Shown here: positions 39,022 to 48,920 of the stretch, piece after piece
How the letters are laid out: each line of letters begins with the position of its first letter
Position numbering within the stretch: the stretch's first letter is position 1
Assembly (NCBI GenBank): GCA_040766325.1
Contig: JAXGQR010000009.1
Span: 65,495-129,494, forward strand
Source: Dehalobacterium sp.
Lineage (GTDB): Bacteria; Bacillota; Dehalobacteriia; Dehalobacteriales; Dehalobacteriaceae
Reading direction: 5' to 3'
Length of the DNA stretch: 64,000 nucleotides
Made by a program: the position numbers and the translations under genes
Notes under the pieces: generated by a model
What the model was told of the DNA's origin: nothing
Databases searched by the model: none
The model's input: the letters and a program-made list of their open reading frames with translations, nothing else

Positions 39022-40116
39022 TCAGATTAAGTTCAGCCTTTGATTAACATATTGGTGGAGAAAGTGCTTCTCCGAAACAACGAACTCAGGTTGATCGGAA
39101 TCAATCATTGAAATCCCAAAGTTTCCGCGATCCAAACTGCTGCTGCCCATAATTTTAATATGCGACAACTGAAAATGATCCTGTAAAAATTGCATATTGC
39201 TTTTTTTGTGTCCGGCGATGAGGGAACAATCCTGAGGTGAACCCCATAAAATGATGATCTTTTCATCCCTTTCTTTCAGAAAACTATTGATCACAAAAAT
39301 CAAATGTTCCCGCACCAACGCTGCCGCAACTAATTCACCGAAAGCAGGATGAAAGGGACCGGCGACCATTTCACCCCCTGGTGCTAGATCCTTGGTCGGT
39401 TGTAATCCGGTGCGAATCACTTGAACACCAAAAAGGCGAAAGATGGCCAACATGTCTTTGCTTATCTCTACTGCCTCCGGTAAATTTAAGGGTTGATAGC
39501 TATCCTCTAAAAAGAGTTTATGCAGAAGTGTATTTTTTAGCACTACTGTAGGGTAAATTCTTGCCAAATCCGGCTGCAGTCGAGCTAGGATCAAAGCTCC
39601 CTGGAGGCACTTAGCACGGTTGTCCCCCGGTAATCCCGGCATCAATTGCACTCCGGTAGTAAACCCCTCCTTTTTCAGTAAATTCAGGGCATCAAGAACC
39701 TCCTTTGCGCTATGACCCCGCTTTGCGGAAGCCAAAATCTGATCATCCATAGATTGTACGCCCAATTCAACGGTAGCGACGCCAAAAGATCTTAAAAAAG
39801 CAAGAACCTGAGGATTAATATAGTCAGGTCTGGTGGAAATTCTGATCCCACTGATTTTATTCTCCTTTAAGGCTTGATATGCCGGGGTAAGAAAGTAGCG
39901 TTGCCAGGAGAAATCCAATCCGGAAAAACTGCCGCCATAAAAGGCAATTTCCGGTAACTCCGCCCGCTCCCAATCTTGAATGGCCTGTGCAATTTCATTA
40001 TCTTGGGGAAAGCCGGAAGATCCGGAAACATGATACTGATTACAAAAAATGCATTGATGGGGACATCCTAAATGAGGAATAAAAAAGGGTAAAATATGCT
40101 TTTTGGCCTGGCCCAT
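39022..40116 (-). CDS. radical SAM protein (ELP3-like family)
   Basis: N-terminal CPHQCIFC cluster motif and a TIM-like radical SAM core. Confidence 0.7.
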   Translation of the reverse strand: MGQAKKHILPFFIPHLGCPHQCIFCNQYHVSGSSGFPQDNEIAQAIQDWERAELPEIAFYGGSFSGLDFSWQRYFLTPAYQALKENKISGIRISTRPDYINPQVLAFLRSFGVATVELGVQSMDDQILASAKRGHSAKEVLDALNLLKKEGFTTGVQLMPGLPGDNRAKCLQGALILARLQPDLARIYPTVVLKNTLLHKLFLEDSYQPLNLPEAVEISKDMLAIFRLFGVQVIRTGLQPTKDLAPGGEMVAGPFHPAFGELVAAALVREHLIFVINSFLKERDEKIIILWGSPQDCSLIAGHKKSNMQFLQDHFQLSHIKIMGSSSLDRGNFGISMIDSDQPEFVVSEKHFLHQYVNQRLNLI

Positions 40117-40844
40117 TATTTTTTCTCCTTAAGCAGATGCCTCCAGGAATCTAAGGTCTCCAAAGCTACTTGGGCAGCCTTTTGCTCCGCTTCTTTTTTA
40201 TTGTACCCCTGTCCCTGAGCTAACAGCCGGTCCTGATATTTAACACCGGCGACAAATTCCTTTTGATGGTCCGGGCCTGATTCATGTATAATGATATATT
40301 GAATCCCTTGATCATCGTGCTTTTGTACCAGTTCCTGAAGCATGGTTTTATAATCGCCCCATTCTATATGCTCCAAACGTTCCACAATATAGGCCAGGGG
40401 AACAAGGAGAAATTTTCTGACCCCTTCCAGCCCACACTCCAGATAAATAGCTCCCACCACGGCTTCAAAGGCATCGGCTAAAACGGAGTTTCTTTCCCGT
40501 CCTCCGCTGATGTCCTCGCCCCGCCCCAGAAAAAGATAAGTCCCTAAGCGAAGCTTTTTGGCCTGTTCTGCCAGGGAGGCAGCACAAACTACTGCTGCGC
40601 GCATTTTAGTTAGATCACCTTCCTGTTTTTGGGGATATTTTTTATACAAATACTCTCCCATAACCAAACCTAAAACGGCATCTCCCAAAAATTCCAAGCG
40701 CTGATTATGGAACAACCTTTGTTTTTTGTGTTCATATGCATAGGTGGGATGGGTCAGAGCCTGCTTTAAAAGCTCCAAATTTGAAAAATCAATACCCATT
40801 TCCCTTAGCTTTTCTGCTAATTCCCGTACCCGTTTCATATCCAT
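40116..40844 (-). CDS. rnc: ribonuclease III
   Basis: NQRLEFLGDAVLG signature and a dsRBD C-terminus. Confidence 0.95.
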   Translation of the reverse strand: MDMKRVRELAEKLREMGIDFSNLELLKQALTHPTYAYEHKKQRLFHNQRLEFLGDAVLGLVMGEYLYKKYPQKQEGDLTKMRAAVVCAASLAEQAKKLRLGTYLFLGRGEDISGGRERNSVLADAFEAVVGAIYLECGLEGVRKFLLVPLAYIVERLEHIEWGDYKTMLQELVQKHDDQGIQYIIIHESGPDHQKEFVAGVKYQDRLLAQGQGYNKKEAEQKAAQVALETLDSWRHLLKEKK

Positions 40845-40907
40845 ATAATCACCTTCTTTTCATTTATCTTGGTAAGAAAGGGACGGTGTCCCGTCCCTTT
40901 ATAACAA

Positions 40908-42146
40908 TTAAGCAAATTTTTTAATGACAATTGTCGCATTATGACCACCAAAACCGAGAGAATTGGACATAGTAACATTTACTTCTGCCGCTCTCGCCTG
41001 GTTGGGCACATAATCCAGGTCACATTCCGGATCCGGCGTTTCATAATTAATGGTGGGAGGAATCATCTTGTGAGTAATGGCTAGGGTGCAGGCAATTGCT
41101 TCTACTGCTCCCGCTGCTCCTAATAGGTGACCCGTCATGGATTTGGTAGAGCTTATGGCAACCTTGGAGGCATCTTCGCCAAAAACCGTGTGAATCGCCT
41201 GGGTTTCTCCCTTATCATTTAAATCAGTGGAGGTGCCGTGGGCATTAATGTAGTCCACCTCTTCCGGTTTGATACCGGCGTCTTTCAGGGCGTTAGCCAT
41301 CGCCTTGGCTGCCCCTGCCCCTTCCGGTGCCGGTGCCGTAATATGATAACCGTCCGCTGTTGAACCATAGCCTACGATTTCTGCATAGATTCTTGCTCCT
41401 CTTTTTTGCGCATGCTCCAGGGACTCCAGGATCAAAATTCCTGCCCCTTCCCCAATGACAAAGCCATCCCGGTCCTTGTCAAAAGGGCGACTGGCTTTTT
41501 CCGGTTCCTCATTTCGCGTGGACATAGCCTTCATGGCGCAAAAACCCGCTACGGAAAGAGGGGTTATGGGGGCTTCAGTTCCTCCCGTAAAGATCACATC
41601 GGCATCGCCCCGTTGAATTACTTTAAAAGCATCTCCAATGGCATTTGTACCTGAAGCACAGGCAGTGACCACCGTTTCATTGATGCCGTAAGCACCAAAA
41701 GTAATGGAAATTTGACCGGCAGCCATGTTGCTGATCATCATCGGTACAAAGAAAGGACTTATCCGCCCTGGACCTTTCTCCAGCAATACCTGTTTTTGTT
41801 CTTCCATTGTGGCAACGCCGCCAATGCCGCTGCCTAAAATCACTCCGACCCGATGACCATCTACTTTATTCATATCAAGGGCTGCATCCTCAAAAGCCAT
41901 TTTGGCTGCAGATACAGCAAACTGGCAATACCGATCCATACGGCGAGCTTCTTTCTTATCGATAAAAGCGGTAGCATCAAAATCTTTTACTTCAGCAGCA
42001 ATCCTGGTGCTGTATCCCGTGGTATCAAAATGGGTAATGGGTCCAATCCCCGAAATCCCCTTTGTCAAGGAATGCCAAAATGTTTCTTGATCATTTCCGA
42101 TAGGAGAAATAACACCGATCCCGGTAATGACAACGCGATTCTTCAA
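40908..42146 (-). CDS. fabF: 3-oxoacyl-ACP synthase II
   Basis: Active-site region [10 protein letters not shown], then HGTST and GHLLGAAG. Confidence 0.95.
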   Translation of the reverse strand: MKNRVVITGIGVISPIGNDQETFWHSLTKGISGIGPITHFDTTGYSTRIAAEVKDFDATAFIDKKEARRMDRYCQFAVSAAKMAFEDAALDMNKVDGHRVGVILGSGIGGVATMEEQKQVLLEKGPGRISPFFVPMMISNMAAGQISITFGAYGINETVVTACASGTNAIGDAFKVIQRGDADVIFTGGTEAPITPLSVAGFCAMKAMSTRNEEPEKASRPFDKDRDGFVIGEGAGILILESLEHAQKRGARIYAEIVGYGSTADGYHITAPAPEGAGAAKAMANALKDAGIKPEEVDYINAHGTSTDLNDKGETQAIHTVFGEDASKVAISSTKSMTGHLLGAAGAVEAIACTLAITHKMIPPTINYETPDPECDLDYVPNQARAAEVNVTMSNSLGFGGHNATIVIKKFA

Positions 42147-42148
42147 AT

Positions 42149-43123
42149 TTATGTCGCCTCCTTATTTTCCGGCAGATCCGGTAAAGCGGCTAATTCCGCT
42201 TTGATATTTTCAAAAATTTTTTTCACCGGAAGAATTTCTTTGATTCTTTCTACTTGCTCTCCGCAAAACACCAATCCCTGTTCAATGGATCCTTGCTGAG
42301 CATTATATAAAGCATCCATGATGCAAAAATTTTTCGCACATTTTTTTAAACAAGCATTGCATGTGGACGGACTAACGTCTTCCCCACGCAACAATTTCTC
42401 AGTTAAAGTACTTCTCAGCCCTCTACCCGGTAAACCCACAGGGCATTCGATTAAAACTACATCCTCTTTCTTTGCTTTCAGATACATCTGTTTAAAATCA
42501 TCGGTGACATTGGATTCTTCACTGGCTGCGAACCTGGTGCCCATCTGCACTCCATCGGCACCCCAGGTGAAAGCCTCCCAAATATCCGCTCCGTTAATAA
42601 TCCCACCGGCAGCAATCACAGGAATATCTACTGCCTTGCGCACCTCAGGTACAATATCCCGCACCCTTCGATCAGTACCTAAATGTCCTCCGGCTTCCTT
42701 GCCTTCCACCACTACAGCAGCGGCACCCAATTTTTCCACCATGGTGGCAAGTTTTGCCGTAGAGACAATAGGTACAATGGGGGTATCCGCTTCTCGACCC
42801 CATTTATACATATCACGCGCGACACCGGCGCCGGAAATCACTAAATCAATGCCTTCGTTTAAGGCCGTCTTCACTAGAAGAGCAAAATCCCGCACGGCAA
42901 ATAAAACATTTACACCGATAATTCCTGAAGATAGTTTTCGCGCTGTTCGTATTTCTTGAATTAATTCCTCCGGCGACATTGCAGTTGCTGCAATGATGCC
43001 AATACCACCTTCGTTGGCTACTGCCGCCGCTAAACGGGAAGTAGAAACACGAGTGGCCATACCTCCTTGAATAATGGGCATCTTAGCAACAATTTTATCT
43101 ATTATCAGCGCAGGTAATTGCAT
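42149..43123 (-). CDS. nitronate monooxygenase/FabK-like FMN oxidoreductase paralogue with a C-terminal Cys cluster
   Basis: NPD fold ([24 protein letters not shown]) plus C255-x2-C258-x3-C262-x4-C267. It sits between acpP and fabF. Confidence 0.65.
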   Translation of the reverse strand: MQLPALIIDKIVAKMPIIQGGMATRVSTSRLAAAVANEGGIGIIAATAMSPEELIQEIRTARKLSSGIIGVNVLFAVRDFALLVKTALNEGIDLVISGAGVARDMYKWGREADTPIVPIVSTAKLATMVEKLGAAAVVVEGKEAGGHLGTDRRVRDIVPEVRKAVDIPVIAAGGIINGADIWEAFTWGADGVQMGTRFAASEESNVTDDFKQMYLKAKKEDVVLIECPVGLPGRGLRSTLTEKLLRGEDVSPSTCNACLKKCAKNFCIMDALYNAQQGSIEQGLVFCGEQVERIKEILPVKKIFENIKAELAALPDLPENKEAT

Positions 43124-43172
43124 TTTTATCCCCCAATTCCGATCTGATCACCCGATTTTAGAAGTGTCAGGT

Positions 43173-43201
43173 AAAAATCCCCGTAGTGGAGCTACGGGGA
43201 T
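43173..43201 (-). terminator. hairpin/partial terminator after acpP
   Basis: ATCCCCGTAG-N5-CTACGGGGAT followed by a U-run on the minus strand. Confidence 0.6.
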
Positions 43202-43211
43202 CAAAATTACC

Positions 43212-43445
43212 TTAAGCTTGTTTCTCCTTAATGTACTCTACAGCGGCTCCTACAGTGGTCAATTTTTCTGCATCTTCATCAGGTATTTCAGTATCAAATT
43301 CTTCTTCTAACGCCATAATGAGTTCTACTACATCAAGGGAGTCAGCATCCAGGTCCTTGAAGGAAGTTTCCATGGTAACCTGCTCTTCATCTTCTACACC
43401 TAATTGATCAACTACTATTTGTTTGATTTTATCAAATACGGACAA
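43212..43445 (-). CDS. acpP: acyl carrier protein
   Basis: 77 aa with the [12 protein letters not shown] phosphopantetheine site. Confidence 0.95.
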   Translation of the reverse strand: MSVFDKIKQIVVDQLGVEDEEQVTMETSFKDLDADSLDVVELIMALEEEFDTEIPDEDAEKLTTVGAAVEYIKEKQA

Positions 43446-43483
43446 CTAAATTCACCCCCTTTCAATAAAACTCCAAACTAATT

Positions 43484-44239
43484 CTAATACATCACCATGC
43501 CGCCATCCACAGGGATGGTTTGGCCGGTAATGTAGTCAGCATTTTCCGACACCAAAAAAGCAACTACTCGAGCAACATCGTCCGCCGTACCTAACCTTTG
43601 CAGAGGAATCTGGTTGATTAAACCCTCTCGAGCCTTTTCAGTTAAACTATCTGTCATCGCAGTAGCAATAAACCCCGGAGCCACCGCATTCACATTAATA
43701 TTTCTGCTCGCCAACTCTCGGGCCAAGGACTTGGTTAACCCCATGACGCCGGCTTTACTAGCAGCATAATTTGCTTGACCGGCATTGCCCATCAAAGCAA
43801 CTACAGATGCCACATTAACAATCTTCCCATATTTTTGCTTGACCATCAACTTAACTACAGACTTACAGCAATTATAGGTGCCTTTGAGATTAACATTGAT
43901 CACATCGTCCCAATCAGATTCTTTCATACGCATGATTAAATTATCCTTGGTGATACCGGCATTATTTACTAATATGTCAATCCGTCCAAAATGTTGAGAC
44001 AATTCTTGTACCATCTTATCCACTTCTGCCGCATCAGCCACGTTGCCCTGAAGGGCCATGGCCTGTCTTCCCGCAGCTTGAAGCTCTTTGACTAAGGCTT
44101 CTGCTTGCTCTCTATTTTGACCAAAGTCCACATAATTTACACCTACATGGCATCCCCGTCGAGCCAATTCCCCAACCACGGCTTTGCCAATCCCTTGTGA
44201 ACCACCTGTGACTAAAGCTACCTTTCCTTCTAAACCCAT
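43484..44239 (-). CDS. fabG: 3-oxoacyl-ACP reductase
   Basis: SDR with TGGSQGIG, NNAG and YAASK. Confidence 0.9.
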   Translation of the reverse strand: MGLEGKVALVTGGSQGIGKAVVGELARRGCHVGVNYVDFGQNREQAEALVKELQAAGRQAMALQGNVADAAEVDKMVQELSQHFGRIDILVNNAGITKDNLIMRMKESDWDDVINVNLKGTYNCCKSVVKLMVKQKYGKIVNVASVVALMGNAGQANYAASKAGVMGLTKSLARELASRNINVNAVAPGFIATAMTDSLTEKAREGLINQIPLQRLGTADDVARVVAFLVSENADYITGQTIPVDGGMVMY

Positions 44240-44240
44240 T

Positions 44241-45182
44241 TTAGCGACACTCCTTTAAAAGCGCAAGTGTATTATCTAAAGAAGCCACGTCCTCGACATT
44301 AAATATTTTTGCTTCCTTGGTAATCTTCTTAATTAAACCGCTGAGAACCCGTCCCGCGCCCACTTCCACAAAGACATTGACACCGGCTTCCACCAATGTG
44401 TTGACACAGTCTTCCCATAAAACGGGATGATCGACCTGCTGAGTGAGAGCCTCTCGAATATCTTCATGAGCCTGGATCAACCGGCCATGGACATTGGCGG
44501 CTACGGGTATCATAGCATCTTTAATATCAGCTTTTTTCAGATGTTCTTCCATGGCTTTTCCGGCGCTCGCGAGCAAACTGGAATGAAAGGGTCCGCTGAC
44601 GGCCAGGAGCAAGGCTCTTTTCGCCCCCATTTCCTTCGCCATGTCTACTGCTTTTTCCACAGCCGTTGTCTCTCCGGCAATAACGATCTGACCGGGACAG
44701 TTAAAGTTTGCCGGTTCCACGACACCATAAGCACCGGCTTTAGCACAGAGTTCCTGAATTTGCTCTTTAGACATTCCTAAGACAGCCGCCATGGTTCCTG
44801 CTCCCGCCGGTACCGCCTGGGTCATTACTTCGCCCCGAAAACGCACCAAGCTCAAAGCTTCCTGATAATCCAAAGCACCCGCCGCGACCAAAGCAGCATA
44901 CTCACCCAAACTATGACCGGCGGTAAAGTCGGCTATGATACCGCGTCCCTCTAATACCCTTAAACAAGCAATACTGGTGGCCAAGAGTGCCGGCTGAGTA
45001 TTGTATGTAATTTTCAAGTCTTCCTCTGGGCCCTGCCAACAAAGTTCTGTTAAGGGGAAACCTAAAACCTGATCTGCTTCGGTAAAAGCGGCTTTGGCTT
45101 CCGTAAAATGCTCGGCTAATTCCTTTCCCATGCCCACATACTGGGATCCTTGACCGGGAAAGACAAAAGCAATTTTATTCAT
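44241..45182 (-). CDS. fabD: malonyl CoA-ACP transacylase
   Basis: FVFPGQGSQ and GHSLGEY. The ATG at 45182 sits 6 nt after AAGGAGG. Confidence 0.9.
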   Translation of the reverse strand: MNKIAFVFPGQGSQYVGMGKELAEHFTEAKAAFTEADQVLGFPLTELCWQGPEEDLKITYNTQPALLATSIACLRVLEGRGIIADFTAGHSLGEYAALVAAGALDYQEALSLVRFRGEVMTQAVPAGAGTMAAVLGMSKEQIQELCAKAGAYGVVEPANFNCPGQIVIAGETTAVEKAVDMAKEMGAKRALLLAVSGPFHSSLLASAGKAMEEHLKKADIKDAMIPVAANVHGRLIQAHEDIREALTQQVDHPVLWEDCVNTLVEAGVNVFVEVGAGRVLSGLIKKITKEAKIFNVEDVASLDNTLALLKECR

Positions 45183-46128
45183 AAGCACCCTCCTTGAGAA
45201 CAGCTAAAAAATCTAAGGTTTTTTCCGCCTGGGTCATGATTTCATCAATGATCTCCCTTGCCGGTTGAATCTTAGTTACCGCAGCGGCAATCTGACCTGC
45301 CATCAGGGAACCCATTTCCACATCTCCGTCCACTACGGCAGCCCGCAAGCGTCCGGTACCCAGTTTTTCCAAATCATCCGGCAAAGCGTTTTCCTGTATC
45401 ATACGTTCAAATTCCTTGGTCAGTTTATTCTTGAGTACCCGAACAAAGTGACCGCCTGTGCCGGTTAATGTGGTATCTCTCTCCTTGGCATTAATGATGG
45501 CCTTCTTAAAATTTTCATGGGCGATACATTCTTCAGCACAAATAAAACGAGTACCAATTTGCACCCCACAAGCTCCTAAGGCGAGGGCAGCAATCAATCC
45601 CCGCCCGTCATAAATGCCCCCGGCCGCAATAACAGGAACTTTTACCGCATCAACGATCTGAGGTACCAGAGGAAAGGTGGTAATCTCCCCTACATGACCG
45701 CCACATTCCATGCCTTCGGCAATAAAAGCATCTGCTCCAGCTCGTTCCAGCCTTTTGGCTAAAATGGGGGATGATACTACCGGAATGATTTTGATACCCT
45801 GCTCTTTGAGCAGAGGTACATGCTTACCGGGATTCCCCGCTCCTGTGGTAACTACCGGGATTCTCTCCTCGATAACGATTTGAATCACATCATCCACAAA
45901 GGGGGAAAGATAATAGACATTGACACCAAAGGGCTTGGGGGTTCTCTCCCGTACTTTGCGAATTTCCTGGCGCACCACATCCGGAGGGGCATTTCCTGCT
46001 GCCACAATGCCTAATCCCCCTGCTTCAGAAACAGCGGCGGCTAATTCTCCCGTGGCCACCCAGGCCATGCCCCCCTGAATAATGGGATACTGAATATTCA
46101 ATAGTTTACAGAGTTCCGTCTGAAACAT
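45175..46128 (-). CDS. fabK: enoyl-ACP reductase II
   Basis: [19 protein letters not shown] and AAGGI. It appears collinear with streptococcal FabK as recalled. Confidence 0.85.
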   Translation of the reverse strand: MFQTELCKLLNIQYPIIQGGMAWVATGELAAAVSEAGGLGIVAAGNAPPDVVRQEIRKVRERTPKPFGVNVYYLSPFVDDVIQIVIEERIPVVTTGAGNPGKHVPLLKEQGIKIIPVVSSPILAKRLERAGADAFIAEGMECGGHVGEITTFPLVPQIVDAVKVPVIAAGGIYDGRGLIAALALGACGVQIGTRFICAEECIAHENFKKAIINAKERDTTLTGTGGHFVRVLKNKLTKEFERMIQENALPDDLEKLGTGRLRAAVVDGDVEMGSLMAGQIAAAVTKIQPAREIIDEIMTQAEKTLDFLAVLKEGAYE

Positions 46129-46144
46129 ATTTCCCCTCCCTAGC

Positions 46145-47137
46145 TTACTTATTCCATTTAATTACTACTGATCCCCAGGTAAGACCGGCCCCAAAGCCAA
46201 CCAAGACCAGAACATCATCCTTTTTTAGTTTTTGGGTCCGATAAAGCTCATCTAAAGCCACCGGAATAGAGGCACTGGACATATTACCATATTTTGTTAA
46301 GTTGATAAAGGCTTTTTCCATGGGTAACCCCAAACGACGCATGGCGGCCTCCACAATACGCATATTGGCCTGATGAGGAACCACATAGGCTACATCATCC
46401 TTGTTGAGACTGGCTTTTTCTAAAGCTGCTAAGGCAGCACTTCCCATTACCCGCACAGCAAATTTATAAACTTCCTGCCCATTCATGGACATACAATGAA
46501 GTTTGTTTTCAACCGTTTCATGGCTAGCCGGCCGGGCCGCTCCTCCGGCAGGAACCTTCAACAGATCTCCCCCGCTGCCATCCGCACCAAGGTAGAAAGA
46601 AAGAAGTCCTTTCCCCCTTTCCTCCGGTCTTAAAACAGCTGCTCCGGCACCATCGCCAAAGAGCACACAGGTATTCCGGTCCTCCCAATCTACAATCCGA
46701 CTCAAGGTTTCAGCGCCCACCACCAATACGTTTTCATAGATTCCTGTCGCTATAAACTGGGCCCCTGTGGCTAAGCCATAAATAAAACCGGAACAGGCTG
46801 CTTCCACATCCATAGACGGCTTACCCTTAATACCTAATTTCTCCTGCAGGATACAGGCCGTAGCCGGAAAAAGCATATCCGGAGTACAGGTTGCCACAAT
46901 AATTAAATCCAACTCTTCCGCTTTTAACCCGGCATCTGCCAAAGCAAGCTTGGCCGCTTCATAAGCCAAATCTGACGTAGTTTCCTTTTGGGCAGCAATA
47001 TGACGAGTGGAAATACCCGTTCTGGAGATAATCCAATCATCATTTGTATCGACCATCTGCTCCAAATCGGCATTAGTTAAAATGCGTTCCGGAACATAAG
47101 AACCTACTCCGGCAATACCCACGGATCGTATTTCCAT
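46145..47137 (-). CDS. fabH: 3-oxoacyl-ACP synthase III
   Basis: AACSGF active site, HQAN, GNMSSASIP. Confidence 0.95.
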   Translation of the reverse strand: MEIRSVGIAGVGSYVPERILTNADLEQMVDTNDDWIISRTGISTRHIAAQKETTSDLAYEAAKLALADAGLKAEELDLIIVATCTPDMLFPATACILQEKLGIKGKPSMDVEAACSGFIYGLATGAQFIATGIYENVLVVGAETLSRIVDWEDRNTCVLFGDGAGAAVLRPEERGKGLLSFYLGADGSGGDLLKVPAGGAARPASHETVENKLHCMSMNGQEVYKFAVRVMGSAALAALEKASLNKDDVAYVVPHQANMRIVEAAMRRLGLPMEKAFINLTKYGNMSSASIPVALDELYRTQKLKKDDVLVLVGFGAGLTWGSVVIKWNK

Positions 47138-47140
47138 ATC

Positions 47141-48130
47141 TTAACTTCCACCTTCCCGAACAATCGATTCTTCCATTTGCTCAACAAAACGCCCCTCGAC
47201 ACATTCTCTCGCGACACGGATCGCGTTTTCAATAGCGCGCGCCTTTGAGCTTCCATGACAAATAATACTGACCCCCTTGACACCTAAAAGAGGTGCGCCT
47301 CCTACCTCCGCATAGTCCATCATCTTTTTGATATTTTTTAAGGCGGGTAAGAGCAGGGCTGCTCCTATTTTTACCCGCAAATCCCTTTCAAATTCCCTCT
47401 TCATTAGAGTAAACAAGGTATTGCCTAAACCTTCGGATACTTTTAGCAGAACGTTACCGGTAAAACCGTCACATACCGCAACATCGTAGGTACCTGCCGG
47501 AATATCCCGGCCTTCAATATTTCCAATAAAATTTAACTGGGTGTTTTTTAATAGCTGGTGCGCAGAAACAACAGTATCGTTCCCTTTGCTCTCTTCCGCA
47601 CCATTAGATAATAAGGCTACCCTGGGATTCTTGATCTTGAGGATTACCTCGGCATAAGTCTTTCCCATAATAGCGAATTGTACCAATTGTTTGGCTTCTG
47701 CATTGGAATTAGCCCCAATATCCAATACCACCTTTCCGCCCTGGAGTGTGGGATAAATGGTAGAAATAGCAGGACGATCAATCCCTTCAATTCTTTTCAA
47801 CAGGAGCAGAGCGGACGCCATCTGAGCCGCTGTACTGCCTGCCGAAACCACGGCCTCTGCCTCTTTATCTTTGACCAGCTTTGTGGCCACCCAAATGGAT
47901 GAATCCCTTTTTTTTCTTAAAGATTCTACCGATTCATCCATACCCATTACTTCGGACGCATGATGAATCCTAATATTGGCAGGGAGCTCTGCACCATTCT
48001 TTTGGATCAGATCCTCGCGACCCACTAAAATAATCTCTGTATCCGGAAACCTTTTCCCCGCCTGGATTGCTCCGGCGATGATTTCTCCGGGAGCATAGTC
48101 TCCTCCCATGACATCTAATGCTATTCTCAC
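47141..48130 (-). CDS. plsX: phosphate acyltransferase PlsX
   Basis: MRIALDVMGGDYAP, DGFTGNV. Confidence 0.95.
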   Translation of the reverse strand: MRIALDVMGGDYAPGEIIAGAIQAGKRFPDTEIILVGREDLIQKNGAELPANIRIHHASEVMGMDESVESLRKKRDSSIWVATKLVKDKEAEAVVSAGSTAAQMASALLLLKRIEGIDRPAISTIYPTLQGGKVVLDIGANSNAEAKQLVQFAIMGKTYAEVILKIKNPRVALLSNGAEESKGNDTVVSAHQLLKNTQLNFIGNIEGRDIPAGTYDVAVCDGFTGNVLLKVSEGLGNTLFTLMKREFERDLRVKIGAALLLPALKNIKKMMDYAEVGGAPLLGVKGVSIICHGSSKARAIENAIRVARECVEGRFVEQMEESIVREGGS

Positions 48131-48142
48131 AAAAAAGCCTCC

Positions 48143-48721
48143 TCAGTCCCTTTTAAACTTTTGGTCCTGAACGGACAATACAATCTGCGCTTTAAAAACA
48201 ACTTCCAAATCAACCTTCGAATGCACGGAAACCAGAACGGTCGTGCCGCGTTCGGCCTTCACCGTGGCTTTGGCCACAATCTTCTCACCCAAATAAACAG
48301 GTCTTTTGTAGCGAATGCGAGCACTGCCGGTCCATACTACCTGTGCATCTACCACAGAAACTGCCAATGAATTGGCTTGGGCAAACAAATAATGGCCGCG
48401 GGCAACCTGAGTTTTCTCTAAAACCATATCTTCTGTAATCGTTAAGACAGAGATGCCGCTTTTATTCAACTCCAAATCCATTAATTCACCCACAACTTCA
48501 TGGGTATCCAGAGCCGTTGGTTTTTGAAAGGCATCCTGTGCCACAAAGCGCAACCTTTTTCGTACCTCCGGAATGCCTAATATTTGGCGATCTAAACGGA
48601 TCGTGGCAACACTGACGCCCAAATGTCGGGCCAGTTCATCGTCCGTGACAAAGGGATGCATCTCAAGATATTCTTCTAAGTATTGATGTCTTTTCGTGCG
48701 CCCCGAAAATTTCGGCTTCAT
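48143..48721 (-). CDS. fapR: fatty acid/phospholipid synthesis repressor FapR
   Basis: N-terminal HTH (DDELARHLGVSVATIRLD) and a hot-dog thioesterase-like C-terminus, in the conserved position before plsX. Confidence 0.9.
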   Translation of the reverse strand: MKPKFSGRTKRHQYLEEYLEMHPFVTDDELARHLGVSVATIRLDRQILGIPEVRKRLRFVAQDAFQKPTALDTHEVVGELMDLELNKSGISVLTITEDMVLEKTQVARGHYLFAQANSLAVSVVDAQVVWTGSARIRYKRPVYLGEKIVAKATVKAERGTTVLVSVHSKVDLEVVFKAQIVLSVQDQKFKRD

Positions 48722-48748
48722 TTTATCACCTTATAATATTACATTGTA

Positions 48749-48765
48749 TTATGACCAGGTTATAA
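48749..48765. promoter_or_regulatory. FapR operator (17-bp palindrome TTATGACCAGGTTATAA)
   Basis: Near-perfect inverted repeat with the ACCAGGT core. It lies between a TTGCAT-17-TATAAT promoter (minus strand, 48797-48769) and the fapR start. Confidence 0.7.
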
Positions 48766-48796
48766 TGTATTATATTCTGAAGCAGCAAAGAATGCA

Positions 48797-48824
48797 AGAA
48801 AAAAACGCGTACAAAATACGCGTT
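48797..48824 (-). terminator. pncB terminator
   Basis: AACGCGTA-N5-TACGCGTT followed by a U-run on the minus strand. Confidence 0.7.
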
Positions 48825-48920
48825 AATCCGGTAAAAATCGATCAATTCATTTGCCGTCCCTTAATTTCTTGAATCATTCTCATGCTAAAGAAGCCTAATC
48901 TTCAAAAGTGGGGTCTTCCC

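Noticed and set aside
42318-42959. 213-aa plus-strand ORF
   Set aside because: It is antisense to the NPD/FabK-like gene. Its Ser/Thr/Ala/Pro-rich shadow translation has no motifs.
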